A stretch of 64,000 nt of DNA from an uncultured Methanosarcinales archaeon. GTDB taxonomy: Archaea > Nanobdellota > Nanobdellia > Woesearchaeales > CAYPCY01. Position 1 is the first letter of the stretch. Every line of letters starts with the position of its first letter. Both the position numbers and the translations under genes were made by a program. The stretch is taken from contig CAYPCY010000001.1 in assembly GCA_964409385.1 (NCBI GenBank), positions 170,546 to 234,545 of the forward strand, given 5' to 3'. The notes beneath the pieces are model-generated. The model saw only the letters and a program-made list of their open reading frames with translations. It was not told where the DNA came from and did not search any database. Of the stretch, positions 36,651 to 46,086 are shown piece by piece.

Positions 36651-38191
36651 GATATTATTAATGCTATAATTCCAGCAATTACTCCATATATTATAAAAGG
36701 AAATATTGTTCTTCTTATAATTTTATGGTCTTCTCCTTCTATTCCAACAATTGCAGATGCTGTTACAACATTATTTATTGAGATCATATTACCAATAGCT
36801 CCTCCTATTGAATGAATTGCTAATATCAAAACAGGACTTAATCCCAACAATAAGGAAGTTTCATACTGAAAACTCCCTAATAATAAGTTTGAAACAGTAG
36901 CAGAGCCTGTAATGAACGCTCCTATCCCACCAACAAATACTGCCATAAAAGGCCATAAACTTCCAAAGAATGAAGCCGCCCAACCAGCCATTACTATAGG
37001 CATCGCTTCCTTTCCTGAAACATTAATTCCTGAATTTATCAGTATTTGAACAAATGCCGTTAGAAAGGCAATTGTTAAGAACGGTTTTTCTAGTTTTTTA
37101 AACGCTGTAATGAATGGTTTTTTGAAATCTTGCTTATGCTTTAATGCAAAAACAATTCCAACAAGAATAAACAAGAATCCTGGATTATAAACTAAATTTA
37201 AAGAATGATTGATTTCTGAAACACTTACTAAAACAGAAAGTTTTGAAATTAAATCTTTAATTCCTAATTCTGGAAGTCTAGTAATTAATAAGAATAAAGA
37301 AACAAGCAAGTAAGGAGCTGCAGCAGTAAAAAAGTTTAAATTTGACTTTTTTAATTTCTTTGCTTTCTCATGAGGGAAATGCCATTCTTTTTTTGGAACC
37401 AGAAATTTTTTCTTTGTTGTTAACACTAAAAAACTTCCTCCTATTAGAGATGCTAGTAATGATGGAAATTCAGGACCTAAAAATTTTGCTGATAACACGT
37501 AAGGAACTAAAAAACAAACTCCTGCCCATAAGCAATAAGGCAGAATTTCTTTGAAGCTTTTTAGTTTCTCCTTTAAGGGTTGTTTCACAAATGAGAGCAT
37601 CATTAGTATTATCATGCTTGGAACTATAATTCCCGTAATGTGTAATAAAGTGGTTTGATAAGTTAATTCTTGTATTGGAACTGGAATTCCTTTAAGTCCT
37701 AAAACTATTGGTGTTCCTACAGCTCCAAAAGTTACTGCAGTACTATTAGCTACTAGTGCTACTGCAACTGCTGATAAGGCAGGAAACCCTAGAATTACTA
37801 GTAATGGAGCTACTATTGCTGCGGGAGTTCCAAAACCAGCAACTGCTTCTAAGAAACTTCCAAAAATCCAAGTTAGTATTATTGCTAATATTCTTCTATC
37901 TTTAGAAATTCTTGTAAGATGATACTCTATTGCTTCCATATATTGGCTTTCTTTCATAACATTCAAAAAGAATATTGCGCCAAGAATTATTAATAAAATT
38001 TCAAGAGCAATTAATACTCCTTTTACTGAAGAAGCAAGTATTATTAGTGGACTGACCTGCCAGTAAATTAATGTTATTAATACTGTTGAAACCCATGTTA
38101 TTGGAGAAGCGAAAAATGCTGATTTTTTGAAAATTACAATTAAGAAAAAAATTAGTATTAATGGGAAAAAAGAAAGGAAAACTTCCATCAT
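36647..38191 (-). CDS. L-lactate permease (LctP family)
   Basis: FLEAVAGFGTPAAI, FGAVGTP, GAFITGSATVSN, GGAIGNMI. Confidence 0.92.
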   Translation of the reverse strand: MMEVFLSFFPLILIFFLIVIFKKSAFFASPITWVSTVLITLIYWQVSPLIILASSVKGVLIALEILLIILGAIFFLNVMKESQYMEAIEYHLTRISKDRRILAIILTWIFGSFLEAVAGFGTPAAIVAPLLVILGFPALSAVAVALVANSTAVTFGAVGTPIVLGLKGIPVPIQELTYQTTLLHITGIIVPSMIILMMLSFVKQPLKEKLKSFKEILPYCLWAGVCFLVPYVLSAKFLGPEFPSLLASLIGGSFLVLTTKKKFLVPKKEWHFPHEKAKKLKKSNLNFFTAAAPYLLVSLFLLITRLPELGIKDLISKLSVLVSVSEINHSLNLVYNPGFLFILVGIVFALKHKQDFKKPFITAFKKLEKPFLTIAFLTAFVQILINSGINVSGKEAMPIVMAGWAASFFGSLWPFMAVFVGGIGAFITGSATVSNLLLGSFQYETSLLLGLSPVLILAIHSIGGAIGNMISINNVVTASAIVGIEGEDHKIIRRTIFPFIIYGVIAGIIALIIS

Positions 38192-38736
38192 TCAAGGAGG
38201 GGTTGTGCAGTAAAATTATCCATGGGCATATTAACTAAGGATATTACTCCTGTTAATAATAATACAATACTTATTATTAATGGTATAAAAACTATAATTA
38301 ATGATTTTGTCGTGCTTAATTTATGAACATTCTTGAGTACTGAAACATTTACTACGAATATCCACAATCCAGCAACCCAAGAAAGAAACAATCCTAATAT
38401 TGGAATTGCCATAACCCATTGAATTTCATAAAGACTAGCATAAGACCTGAAGTATTCAATTAGTTTTCCTTTACCTCCAAAAAGTAATGCTAGTAAGTGG
38501 TATAATAAAGTAACTATCCAGACTCCCGCAAGCATTGTTATAACGCCAATTATCATGAATATTATTACGAAAGGACCTGTAAATATTCCTATTCCAAAAC
38601 CAAAAGCTAAACCTAAAATTACTAAAACCCAATGTGCAAATTTAGTATTTGTTTCATCTTTTGAAAAACTTGAGATTGTTTGTTCATTAAAAGTTAGCAT
38701 TTCAAATGCTTGTTTTATTTTGTTTCCGAACCCCAT
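38188..38736 (-). CDS. YIP1-family membrane protein
   Basis: HLLALLFGGKG, VHKLSTTKS; about 5 TM. Confidence 0.75.
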   Translation of the reverse strand: MGFGNKIKQAFEMLTFNEQTISSFSKDETNTKFAHWVLVILGLAFGFGIGIFTGPFVIIFMIIGVITMLAGVWIVTLLYHLLALLFGGKGKLIEYFRSYASLYEIQWVMAIPILGLFLSWVAGLWIFVVNVSVLKNVHKLSTTKSLIIVFIPLIISIVLLLTGVISLVNMPMDNFTAQPLLE

Positions 38737-38766
38737 GATTACACCTCTTAAAAATTTAAGAAGTTC

Positions 38767-39105
38767 TCATATATAAATATAGTAGATTATGGAAGTTAAT
38801 AAGTATAAACTTGTTACTTTCCATTCTGAATCTTTCAATCCTAGAATTAGCATGTAAGGAAGTAAATAATAAGAATTTGTTACTAGTGGAATTAAAAAAT
38901 TTAAACTTTCAGATTTGAATTTTATTAGAAATAATGCTATTAATATTGCAAATAATTTATAATAACCTTGTAAAAAATAAGCAAAAATAACAATTAATAA
39001 AATTTTTGAGAATATTTGAAGAAAGGAATCATAATCTTCTTTTGCAATTTTCCTAATTATTAATCCTGCAGGATATGCTAAGAATATTATTAGGAATTCT
39101 ATCAT
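38767..39105 (-). CDS. Hypothetical membrane protein
   Basis: Hydrophobic ORF, ATGA-coupled to upstream gene. Confidence 0.6.
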   Translation of the reverse strand: MIEFLIIFLAYPAGLIIRKIAKEDYDSFLQIFSKILLIVIFAYFLQGYYKLFAILIALFLIKFKSESLNFLIPLVTNSYYLLPYMLILGLKDSEWKVTSLYLLTSIIYYIYI

Positions 39106-40190
39106 AATGATTTCACTATTTTTTCTTTATATCCTTTTAGAAAACTTATTACTCCTGCTTTTTCATGACCTCCTCCTGAAATCATAGCATTAGGAAATTT
39201 TTTTCTTAATTGTTCCATAAGTTTAATTACTGAATCATTAGTTCTTATTATTATGAATTCTGGACCTATTCCGTAAACTGAATATTTTTTCTCAAAATAA
39301 TCATATAACATTCCAATACTTCTTCCACTTGGGGGATATTCTCTAGAACAATAATTCTCTAAATCAACAAATATTTTGTTTCCTTTCTTTTCATGATGTT
39401 TCTTTAAGGTTTCTAATTGTTTCTTTTTTACTTCTTGAATTTTAGGATGTAATAATTCTATTAATTCTTTGGTTAGTGTACTTTGAAAAAATAGTTTGTC
39501 TACAGTATTTTGTCCTTCAAAATATTTTACTGCTGATATTTCGTAATCTATCACTTCCGAATTTTTTTTCAGTTCTTCTAAATTTCCAGGATAATATTTT
39601 TTTATTATTTCTTTTGGACATTTATCTGTTATTCCTGCTATTGCTGCAATTCTTCTTAAATCTTCATTTTTTTTCAGAATGTTTGATAATTCGCATGCAA
39701 GCATTGCCGAACAGAATTCGCTTCCTTTTCCTTTTGCATGAGGATTTAACATTACTGAAGGTTTTATTCCTTTAGCAATTACATGATGATCAACAACTAT
39801 TATTTTTGAGCCTAATAATTTTATTTTTTCTATTGAAATTTCATTTTCCATTCCACTTCCAAAATCAGTTAGTATTATTAGTGGTTTTCTTTTTCCAAAT
39901 CTTTCAGAATCTAGTATTGTTTGTGCATCTCTTGATGCGTCTGTATAATTGTAGAATGGCGTTCTATTTGGTATTCTTCTAAAGTAGAATCTGAAATTTG
40001 TCGGATTTTTTTTTTCTTTTATTACTTGTAATATTGCTTTTTCTAACGCAATTCCTGCACCGTATCCATCACAGTCTGTATCATGTCTTATTATTATTTG
40101 TCTTCCTTCAGTTATACTTCTAACTATTAAGTTTTTAGCTTTCTCAAATTCTTCTTTTAAAATTTCTATTACTTCATGATTAATTAGCAT
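39102..40190 (-). CDS. DHH/RecJ-like phosphoesterase
   Basis: RHDTDCDG, LTDFG, VDHH, GGGHEKA. Confidence 0.88.
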   Translation of the reverse strand: MLINHEVIEILKEEFEKAKNLIVRSITEGRQIIIRHDTDCDGYGAGIALEKAILQVIKEKKNPTNFRFYFRRIPNRTPFYNYTDASRDAQTILDSERFGKRKPLIILTDFGSGMENEISIEKIKLLGSKIIVVDHHVIAKGIKPSVMLNPHAKGKGSEFCSAMLACELSNILKKNEDLRRIAAIAGITDKCPKEIIKKYYPGNLEELKKNSEVIDYEISAVKYFEGQNTVDKLFFQSTLTKELIELLHPKIQEVKKKQLETLKKHHEKKGNKIFVDLENYCSREYPPSGRSIGMLYDYFEKKYSVYGIGPEFIIIRTNDSVIKLMEQLRKKFPNAMISGGGHEKAGVISFLKGYKEKIVKSL

Positions 40191-40191
40191 T

Positions 40192-40443
40192 TTAGTATTT
40201 CCATGGAGAATGTCCCCATTGTATTAGCAGATCTGCACCTAATCTTTTGGCTTCTAATGGCGTATCACAAGCTCCAAAGCATGATCCACTCCAGATTATC
40301 ACTTCTGCTTTTGTTTCTTTTCTTAAATGATCTACTATTTCTTTGCCTTTGATTTTTATTCCATCAGGCAATTGTATAACTACTTTTTTTGCTTTTTCTT
40401 TGTTTATTTTTTCTACCGCTTTTTCTAATTCTAAATTATACAT
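40192..40443 (-). CDS. Dph2 N-terminal domain only (split diphthamide synthesis protein)
   Basis: VIQLPDG, SCFGACD, LLIQWGH; 83 aa, next gene starts 1 nt after the stop. Confidence 0.85.
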   Translation of the reverse strand: MYNLELEKAVEKINKEKAKKVVIQLPDGIKIKGKEIVDHLRKETKAEVIIWSGSCFGACDTPLEAKRLGADLLIQWGHSPWKY

Positions 40444-40478
40444 AATACTTTTGAAAGAAGTCTATTTTATAATTATTT

Positions 40479-40592
40479 CTACTCTTGAAAGAAATCTTCC
40501 AGTTCTTCTACTGAAAGATCTTTTGAATTAAGAGCTTTTTGAAAATTTGATTTTTTCTCTCTTAATTGATTTAGTACTTGGTTGTCTTCCAT
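40479..40592 (-). CDS. Putative 37-aa protein
   Basis: MEDNQVLNQLREKK...LEDFFQE; TTTATAAA about 25 nt upstream; not in ORF track. Confidence 0.45.
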   Translation of the reverse strand: MEDNQVLNQLREKKSNFQKALNSKDLSVEELEDFFQE

Positions 40593-40657
40593 ACTTACAA
40601 AAAAAAGAATTCTTTTTATAAAGGTTTCGGTAAAGTAATAACTAATAAGTAACAACA

Positions 40658-40951
40658 CTATTTATATGGTCTTCTAGTATATTTTTTGCAAGAATGACAA
40701 TAAACAATAATCCTTGATTTTCTCAGCCTAATATTACAATTATCTCCAGGAACTAAATATTCTTTACAATGCTTACAAAATCTAATTTTATGTTCTGATT
40801 TCAACCTTAAATTAGTCTTCATAGCATATTTCCTAATCAATTGAACATACCTGTTCCTAAGACTTTGTTCTTTAACTTTAAAAGCGAAATCTAACAATTC
40901 CTTTATCCTATCTGAAGCAATAGCCTTTTCCCTTTTCGGATTCCTTCTCAT
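40658..40951 (-). CDS. rnp4: RNase P protein Rpp21/Rpr2
   Basis: IASDRI..L, RYV, FCKHC...CHSC. Confidence 0.9.
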   Translation of the reverse strand: MRRNPKREKAIASDRIKELLDFAFKVKEQSLRNRYVQLIRKYAMKTNLRLKSEHKIRFCKHCKEYLVPGDNCNIRLRKSRIIVYCHSCKKYTRRPYK

Positions 40952-41721
40952 CTTCTAAAAAAGTTAGTTTTTACAAATTCTAATTCCAGTTCTTTTAATA
41001 AACTTAAAACTCTTTGCTTTTCCTTTCCCAAACCATCATAATCCAATGCAATTATTGCTTTAGAACCTGATTTTCCTAAAGCTTCTTTCAATAAATTCTT
41101 ATCAAGACTTTCAAGTAGATACTTAGGACAAACATGAGAAAGAGCATATTCTTCAGTATCTTGAATTTTTAAGAAGCTTCTACAATAATGAGTTCCGCCA
41201 ATACCAAATACAGGAATTACTTGTTTTTCACTCTTCTTAAAAGTCTCGACTAGTGTTTCAATAATTATTTCTGCATAATCCTTATTCTTCCAAGCTTCCT
41301 CTTTAGAACCAATTTCTACAAACATAGAAGGTTTTTCAACATAAGGACCATGATGAGTAGCTTCCATAGTAACTTCAATATCTAACTTTTTAATTTTAAG
41401 ATTTTGAAAATAAGTTTTCATCCAGAAAGAACTAGTTATAACAATTTTATTCTTAAAACCGCCAAATTTATTCTTTCCAAAATTACCTATTGGATGAACA
41501 GTCAATGAATCTACTCCTGCTTTTGAAACATGTTTTGATAAAAAAACATACAAATCAGCATCAACATCTAAATTATTCATATCAAGATGTAATTCATTAA
41601 AGGAATAAAGTTTCAATAATTTACTTCCTAACTTTAATTCTTCACCATATTTTTCTCTAAAAACAAATGCTAGATTAACTGAAGCCTCATCTTGTTTTGA
41701 CTCAATAAGTGCAATTTTCAT
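40948..41721 (-). CDS. dtdA: D-aminoacyl-tRNA deacylase (archaeal DTD2)
   Basis: FLSKH, LTVHPIGN, EATHHGP, FVEIGS, GGTHY, CPKY. Confidence 0.92.
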   Translation of the reverse strand: MKIALIESKQDEASVNLAFVFREKYGEELKLGSKLLKLYSFNELHLDMNNLDVDADLYVFLSKHVSKAGVDSLTVHPIGNFGKNKFGGFKNKIVITSSFWMKTYFQNLKIKKLDIEVTMEATHHGPYVEKPSMFVEIGSKEEAWKNKDYAEIIIETLVETFKKSEKQVIPVFGIGGTHYCRSFLKIQDTEEYALSHVCPKYLLESLDKNLLKEALGKSGSKAIIALDYDGLGKEKQRVLSLLKELELEFVKTNFFRR

Positions 41722-41772
41722 AATATTAACTGATTTAATAACATTTTAAAATATTGGCACATTAAAAGAATT

Positions 41773-41943
41773 ATGAATAAGGACTTACTAAACTGGATTT
41801 TCGGATTATTCCTATTAATACTAGGTTTTGGCTTGCTTTCAGAATTCATTATTGAATTTGCCAAGATAACTATCGGAATAGTTCTTGTAATTGTGGGATT
41901 ACACTTCTTAAAAAAGAAAAATTATCAAGTTTTCAGGTTTTAA
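41773..41943 (+). CDS. Putative 56-aa two-TM membrane protein
   Basis: MNKDLLNWIFGLFLLILGFG...IGIVLVIVGLHFLKKK; TTTTAAA upstream; not in ORF track. Confidence 0.55.
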   Translation: MNKDLLNWIFGLFLLILGFGLLSEFIIEFAKITIGIVLVIVGLHFLKKKNYQVFRF

Positions 41944-43066
41944 GAGCTTCCAAACCCGGTAATTTTTTACTTGAAATAAACTCTAGTAATGCGCCCCCTC
42001 CTGTTGAAACATGATAATATTTATGAGCAAGATTTAATGAATTGACTGCTGAAGCAGTATCCCCGCCTCCAATAATTACTTTTGAAGGATGCTCTGCTAA
42101 AAATTTGGCTATTTCGCTAGTTCCTTTCGAGAACTTTCTTATTTCAAAAATTCCCATCGGACCATTCCAAAATACTAATTTTGCCTTATCCATTAAAAAT
42201 TCAAATTCTTTAATTGATTCTTCAGCAACATCCACTCCATAAACACCCTTAGGAATTGCATTTAATTCATAATTTCTAACTCTAGACTTCCCATTAAGAT
42301 CCTCACTACAAACTACAGTTCTAGGAAGTATTATTTTACTAGATTTAATTAGTTCTAAACATTCAAACTCATATTTTTTTTCATGTAATGAATTTCCTAT
42401 ATTATATCCTAATGCTTTGTAAAAAGTGAATATCATAGCACCACCAAGCAAAATTTTAGAAACTTTAGGCAGTAAAGCTCTTATTAATGGCAATTTAGTG
42501 CTTATTTTAGCACCTCCGAGAATCACAATGAACGGTTTTTCAGGTTTTTTTCTTATTAATTCAAGAATTTCAACTTCCTTCTCTAAAGACAATCCCGCAT
42601 AAGAAGGTAAAAATTTAGTTATTGAATGTATTGAAGCATGCTTTCTATGACTTACTGAAAAAGCATCATTAACATAAACATCAGCTAATGAAGCTAGTCT
42701 CTTAGCAAATCTTATTCCATTCTTTTCTTCTTCTGGATGAAACCTTAAATTTTCTAATAATACAATCTTTGCTTTAGGCACTACATCAACACAATCATCT
42801 AATTTTTCAACTTTCACTTCTAATAATTTAGAAAGTCTTTTTCCAACAGGATCCATTCTGAACTCTGCCTGTTTTCCTTTAGGCCTTCCCAAATGAGACA
42901 TTAAAAGCACTTGTGACGCCCCATTTTCTAATAAAGTCTTTATTGTAGGTAATGATTCCCTAATCCTGGTATCATCCATAATAACATTATCCGCAATAGG
43001 AACATTATAATCTGTTCTTACTATAACTCTCTTTCCTTTAACAGATTTTTTTGTAAATGATTTCAC
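41933..43066 (-). CDS. pgk: Phosphoglycerate kinase (GTG start)
   Basis: RTDYNVP, SHLGRP, LLENLRF, GGAK, WNGPMG, GGGDT, VSTGGGA. Confidence 0.97.
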   Translation of the reverse strand: MKSFTKKSVKGKRVIVRTDYNVPIADNVIMDDTRIRESLPTIKTLLENGASQVLLMSHLGRPKGKQAEFRMDPVGKRLSKLLEVKVEKLDDCVDVVPKAKIVLLENLRFHPEEEKNGIRFAKRLASLADVYVNDAFSVSHRKHASIHSITKFLPSYAGLSLEKEVEILELIRKKPEKPFIVILGGAKISTKLPLIRALLPKVSKILLGGAMIFTFYKALGYNIGNSLHEKKYEFECLELIKSSKIILPRTVVCSEDLNGKSRVRNYELNAIPKGVYGVDVAEESIKEFEFLMDKAKLVFWNGPMGIFEIRKFSKGTSEIAKFLAEHPSKVIIGGGDTASAVNSLNLAHKYYHVSTGGGALLEFISSKKLPGLEALKT

Positions 43067-43150
43067 AAAGTTATTCTCTATATTTTTTTATATATATCTT
43101 TCGATCCATTTCGAAATAAATATATATCATGAAATTAAAAAAAACATAGA

Positions 43151-44026
43151 ATGAAACTAAAAATTCTTTTTTTATTCACGATTTTACTTAGTTTCTCAGC
43201 ATTTTCAGAAACTTTAGTTCTTGATTTATATTCTTTAAGTAATATTCCTATTGAAGGACGACTTGTTGAGTTTAATATTAATGGTGAATCTTCTTTGATC
43301 TATTCAGAAACTAATTCATACTCTTTAGAATTATCTCCAGGCAGTTACTTTATTGAAGTTTTTGTTAAGAATGAAAATTCTGCTAATGAGTTTTATAATA
43401 ATCTAGAAGTTGTTCTTTCTGAAGATACTAGTTTAAACATAAATTTGTTCCAGGTAGGAACTATTACGGGATTTGTCTTTGACAATAAAGAAAAACCAAT
43501 TCCTGAATCTGCAGTATATGTTGATTGTGTGAATACTTATTATGAACCTGGAGAGTCATTAACTAATGATATCGGCTTCTTCACTATAGATAATGCTCCT
43601 GTTGGTTCTTGCATTGTTTATGCAATTCATGACGAAACATTAGGTTATGCTGAAGTTTCTTTAATCGCTGGAGAAACTTCCTCAACTAATATTTATTTAG
43701 ATAAACAACTTTCAGAACCTCAATTAGCAACTGTACTGATAACAATAGTAATTTTGATTTCGTTAATTGTTTTCGGAATAAAAAAATATTTGAAAAAAGA
43801 CAAGTCAATTCCTGTATTAAAAACTTTAAGAGGTAATGAAAAGAAAATTTTTGAATACCTTAAAGGAAAGGGTGAAGTTTGGCAGTCTGAAATCATGAAA
43901 GAACTTAACATTCCCAAGACTAGTTTATACCGTGCACTTACTAATTTGAAGGATAAAAACATAGTTCATGTAAAAATTCATGGAAATAATAAACAAGTAC
44001 AAATTCAAGATTGGCTTCGTCACTGA
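43151..44026 (+). CDS. Membrane-anchored transcription regulator: signal peptide, beta-sandwich ectodomain, TM, C-terminal wHTH
   Basis: Signal peptide; GTITGFVFD..PI..V carboxypeptidase-regulatory-like repeat; TM; QSEIMKELNIPKTSLYRAL. Confidence 0.8.
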   Translation: MKLKILFLFTILLSFSAFSETLVLDLYSLSNIPIEGRLVEFNINGESSLIYSETNSYSLELSPGSYFIEVFVKNENSANEFYNNLEVVLSEDTSLNINLFQVGTITGFVFDNKEKPIPESAVYVDCVNTYYEPGESLTNDIGFFTIDNAPVGSCIVYAIHDETLGYAEVSLIAGETSSTNIYLDKQLSEPQLATVLITIVILISLIVFGIKKYLKKDKSIPVLKTLRGNEKKIFEYLKGKGEVWQSEIMKELNIPKTSLYRALTNLKDKNIVHVKIHGNNKQVQIQDWLRH

Positions 44027-44047
44027 ATTCCAAAATAAGTAGTAGTT

Positions 44048-44095
44048 TGGAACCTTGTTGGTTCTGTTTGGTACTTTAATGGACCTTAAGAACCT
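44048..44095 (+). promoter_or_regulatory. Helically phased GG-led hexamer (GGAACC-like) direct repeats upstream of TATA box
   Basis: GGAACC 44049, GGTTCT 44060, GGTACT 44070, GGACCT 44081, GAACC 44090; TTTAATAA at 44104. Confidence 0.55.
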
Positions 44096-44158
44096 AAAAA
44101 GCGTTTAATAAATGGTTCGCCAACAAAGTACTACCTCGCAATTAGACGGGGCACAAAG

Positions 44159-45787
44159 GTGAAAAACAAAATGAAAAAAACAATTCAAAGCATGTTTATG
44201 ATGGCTATCTTGCTTATGAGTTCCGTTTTCGGAGCTGTACAAGAAGACATTAATGAACAAAGCTTAATAGAAACAGGCATTTCATCTCAACTACCTAGTG
44301 TAGTTAAGCAATGTGATGCTTATAGAATAGTAAAAGAAGAACCAACCAGGGATAAATACTGGGAAAAACTGGGTCTTGAAACACTTAAGCACAAAGATAT
44401 TGTGGCTTATAAGATTCAATGGTTCAGTGGTGCTTGGAGTGACTGGTTCATTACAGGCGACAACGACGTAGATTGGAAACACAATCTAGATGGTAGTAAA
44501 AGAAGAGTATGGAGTTATTTTACTGATCATAACCATATTTACATTCAATGTAAGAATGGTAATGAACAACCCATCTCACTACCTTCTCAACCTATATCAA
44601 TAGTTGATGAAGCAATTGTTAGCAATAAGCTAATTCTTAATGAGAATGATGCTGAAGCTTTCAGACAATTAACTACTAGAAGAAGTTTTGATTCAAGTTA
44701 TGACTTGAACAATGACGGAGTAGTTAACGAAGCTGATGCTAAAGCATTACTAAAAAAGATTGATTTCTTTGATAGTTACTTATCTAAGAATGGGCAGTTA
44801 GATGCTAATGATATTAATGTTTATTCCCAACTTATTACAGAAGGTAATTCTGATGTTCTTGGTAATTCAGAATTTGACTGGAATAATGACGGAAGTATTG
44901 ACGTTTTAGACGTTCAATTATTCATTAATTTCATGAAGAAATTTAATTTCTTTAATGAAGTATCAACTGGTATAGCAGTTCAAGAACCATTGCCGATTGT
45001 TAAACCAATAATTCTTCCTAGTCAGGAAGAACCAGGATCTGAGGGAAACACACCAATATCTGTAGTTCCTTCATTCCAAGAATATAAACCAAAACCTAAA
45101 CCAAGACCTATAATTTTACCTGTAAAGGAAGAATTTAAGTCATATTTAGTTAATGGTTGGAATTTAGTTACACTTCCTTCCGAACTTGTTAAGTTCGAAA
45201 ATAAAGGATGTGCAGCTGATAAGAAACTTAAAGCTTATGTTTGGATTAAAGAAGAACAAAAGTATTTAAGCTTGCCAAAGGCTAAGGATTACTTGGGAAG
45301 TAGGTTTAACAAATACTTAGCAACTAATGGATTTTGGATTCACTCGTTAAACCAGTGTACTTTCTATGCGGAAGTTACTGGAAGAGACATTCAACCTCAA
45401 GAAATTAGTCTTGTAGCAGGATGGAATCTTGTTCCTTCAAAGAATAATGAAGGAAGCACAAGAAAACATATTGAAAAATTCTGTGATAATGCAAAGTATT
45501 TTGTTTGGGATGAACACTTTCAATCTTGGATTAGCGCATCTAATGATTTAACTACTATGCTTGTTAAAACTGAAAAACCTTGTAAACTTTCAAGTTTACT
45601 TAATGGAGAAATCCCTAGTTTTCCAGAACTTAACAAAGTTAAAGTTAGAGATGCTAAAATAAGACAAAGAGTTCAACCTGAAGCTATTCTTGAAGAAAAC
45701 TTTACAGAAATAACAAATATTATAAAGAAACAACAAGATATCTTCAATAGAGTTTTTGAAACAATACAAAGTATAGCTATGAGGTGA
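44159..45787 (+). CDS. Secreted multidomain surface protein with dockerin/EF-hand-like Ca-binding loops
   Basis: Signal peptide; Trp-rich module; DLNNDGVVNEAD, DWNNDGSIDVLD; Pro-rich linker; two GWNLV repeats. Confidence 0.75.
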   Translation: MKNKMKKTIQSMFMMAILLMSSVFGAVQEDINEQSLIETGISSQLPSVVKQCDAYRIVKEEPTRDKYWEKLGLETLKHKDIVAYKIQWFSGAWSDWFITGDNDVDWKHNLDGSKRRVWSYFTDHNHIYIQCKNGNEQPISLPSQPISIVDEAIVSNKLILNENDAEAFRQLTTRRSFDSSYDLNNDGVVNEADAKALLKKIDFFDSYLSKNGQLDANDINVYSQLITEGNSDVLGNSEFDWNNDGSIDVLDVQLFINFMKKFNFFNEVSTGIAVQEPLPIVKPIILPSQEEPGSEGNTPISVVPSFQEYKPKPKPRPIILPVKEEFKSYLVNGWNLVTLPSELVKFENKGCAADKKLKAYVWIKEEQKYLSLPKAKDYLGSRFNKYLATNGFWIHSLNQCTFYAEVTGRDIQPQEISLVAGWNLVPSKNNEGSTRKHIEKFCDNAKYFVWDEHFQSWISASNDLTTMLVKTEKPCKLSSLLNGEIPSFPELNKVKVRDAKIRQRVQPEAILEENFTEITNIIKKQQDIFNRVFETIQSIAMR

Positions 45788-45791
45788 TAAT

Positions 45792-46037
45792 TTGAACAAA
45801 ATTTTATTTTTTATTTTTTTTATTTTTTTAATTGGATGCGCACAACCCTCAGGTAGTGCACCGACAGAATGTGTTACGGGAGTTTTTGATTCTTATGGTG
45901 ACTGTTGCGAACAAGTTTATGAAGAAGATTGTGAATTTGGTTATGTGGAAGGCAGTTGTAATAGTGAATGTATGGAAGATCCTAATGTAGATTTAGTATT
46001 TGAGGAAGATCCTGACATTGAACCTCCTGGAATTTAA
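45792..46037 (+). CDS. Small acidic Cys-rich lipoprotein
   Basis: Lipobox LIGC; six further Cys; SD GAGGTGA before TTG start. Confidence 0.7.
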   Translation: MNKILFFIFFIFLIGCAQPSGSAPTECVTGVFDSYGDCCEQVYEEDCEFGYVEGSCNSECMEDPNVDLVFEEDPDIEPPGI

Positions 46038-46086
46038 TCATTCATAACGAAGAGCATAGTCACTAGATTTTCCTAGCTTTGTTCTA

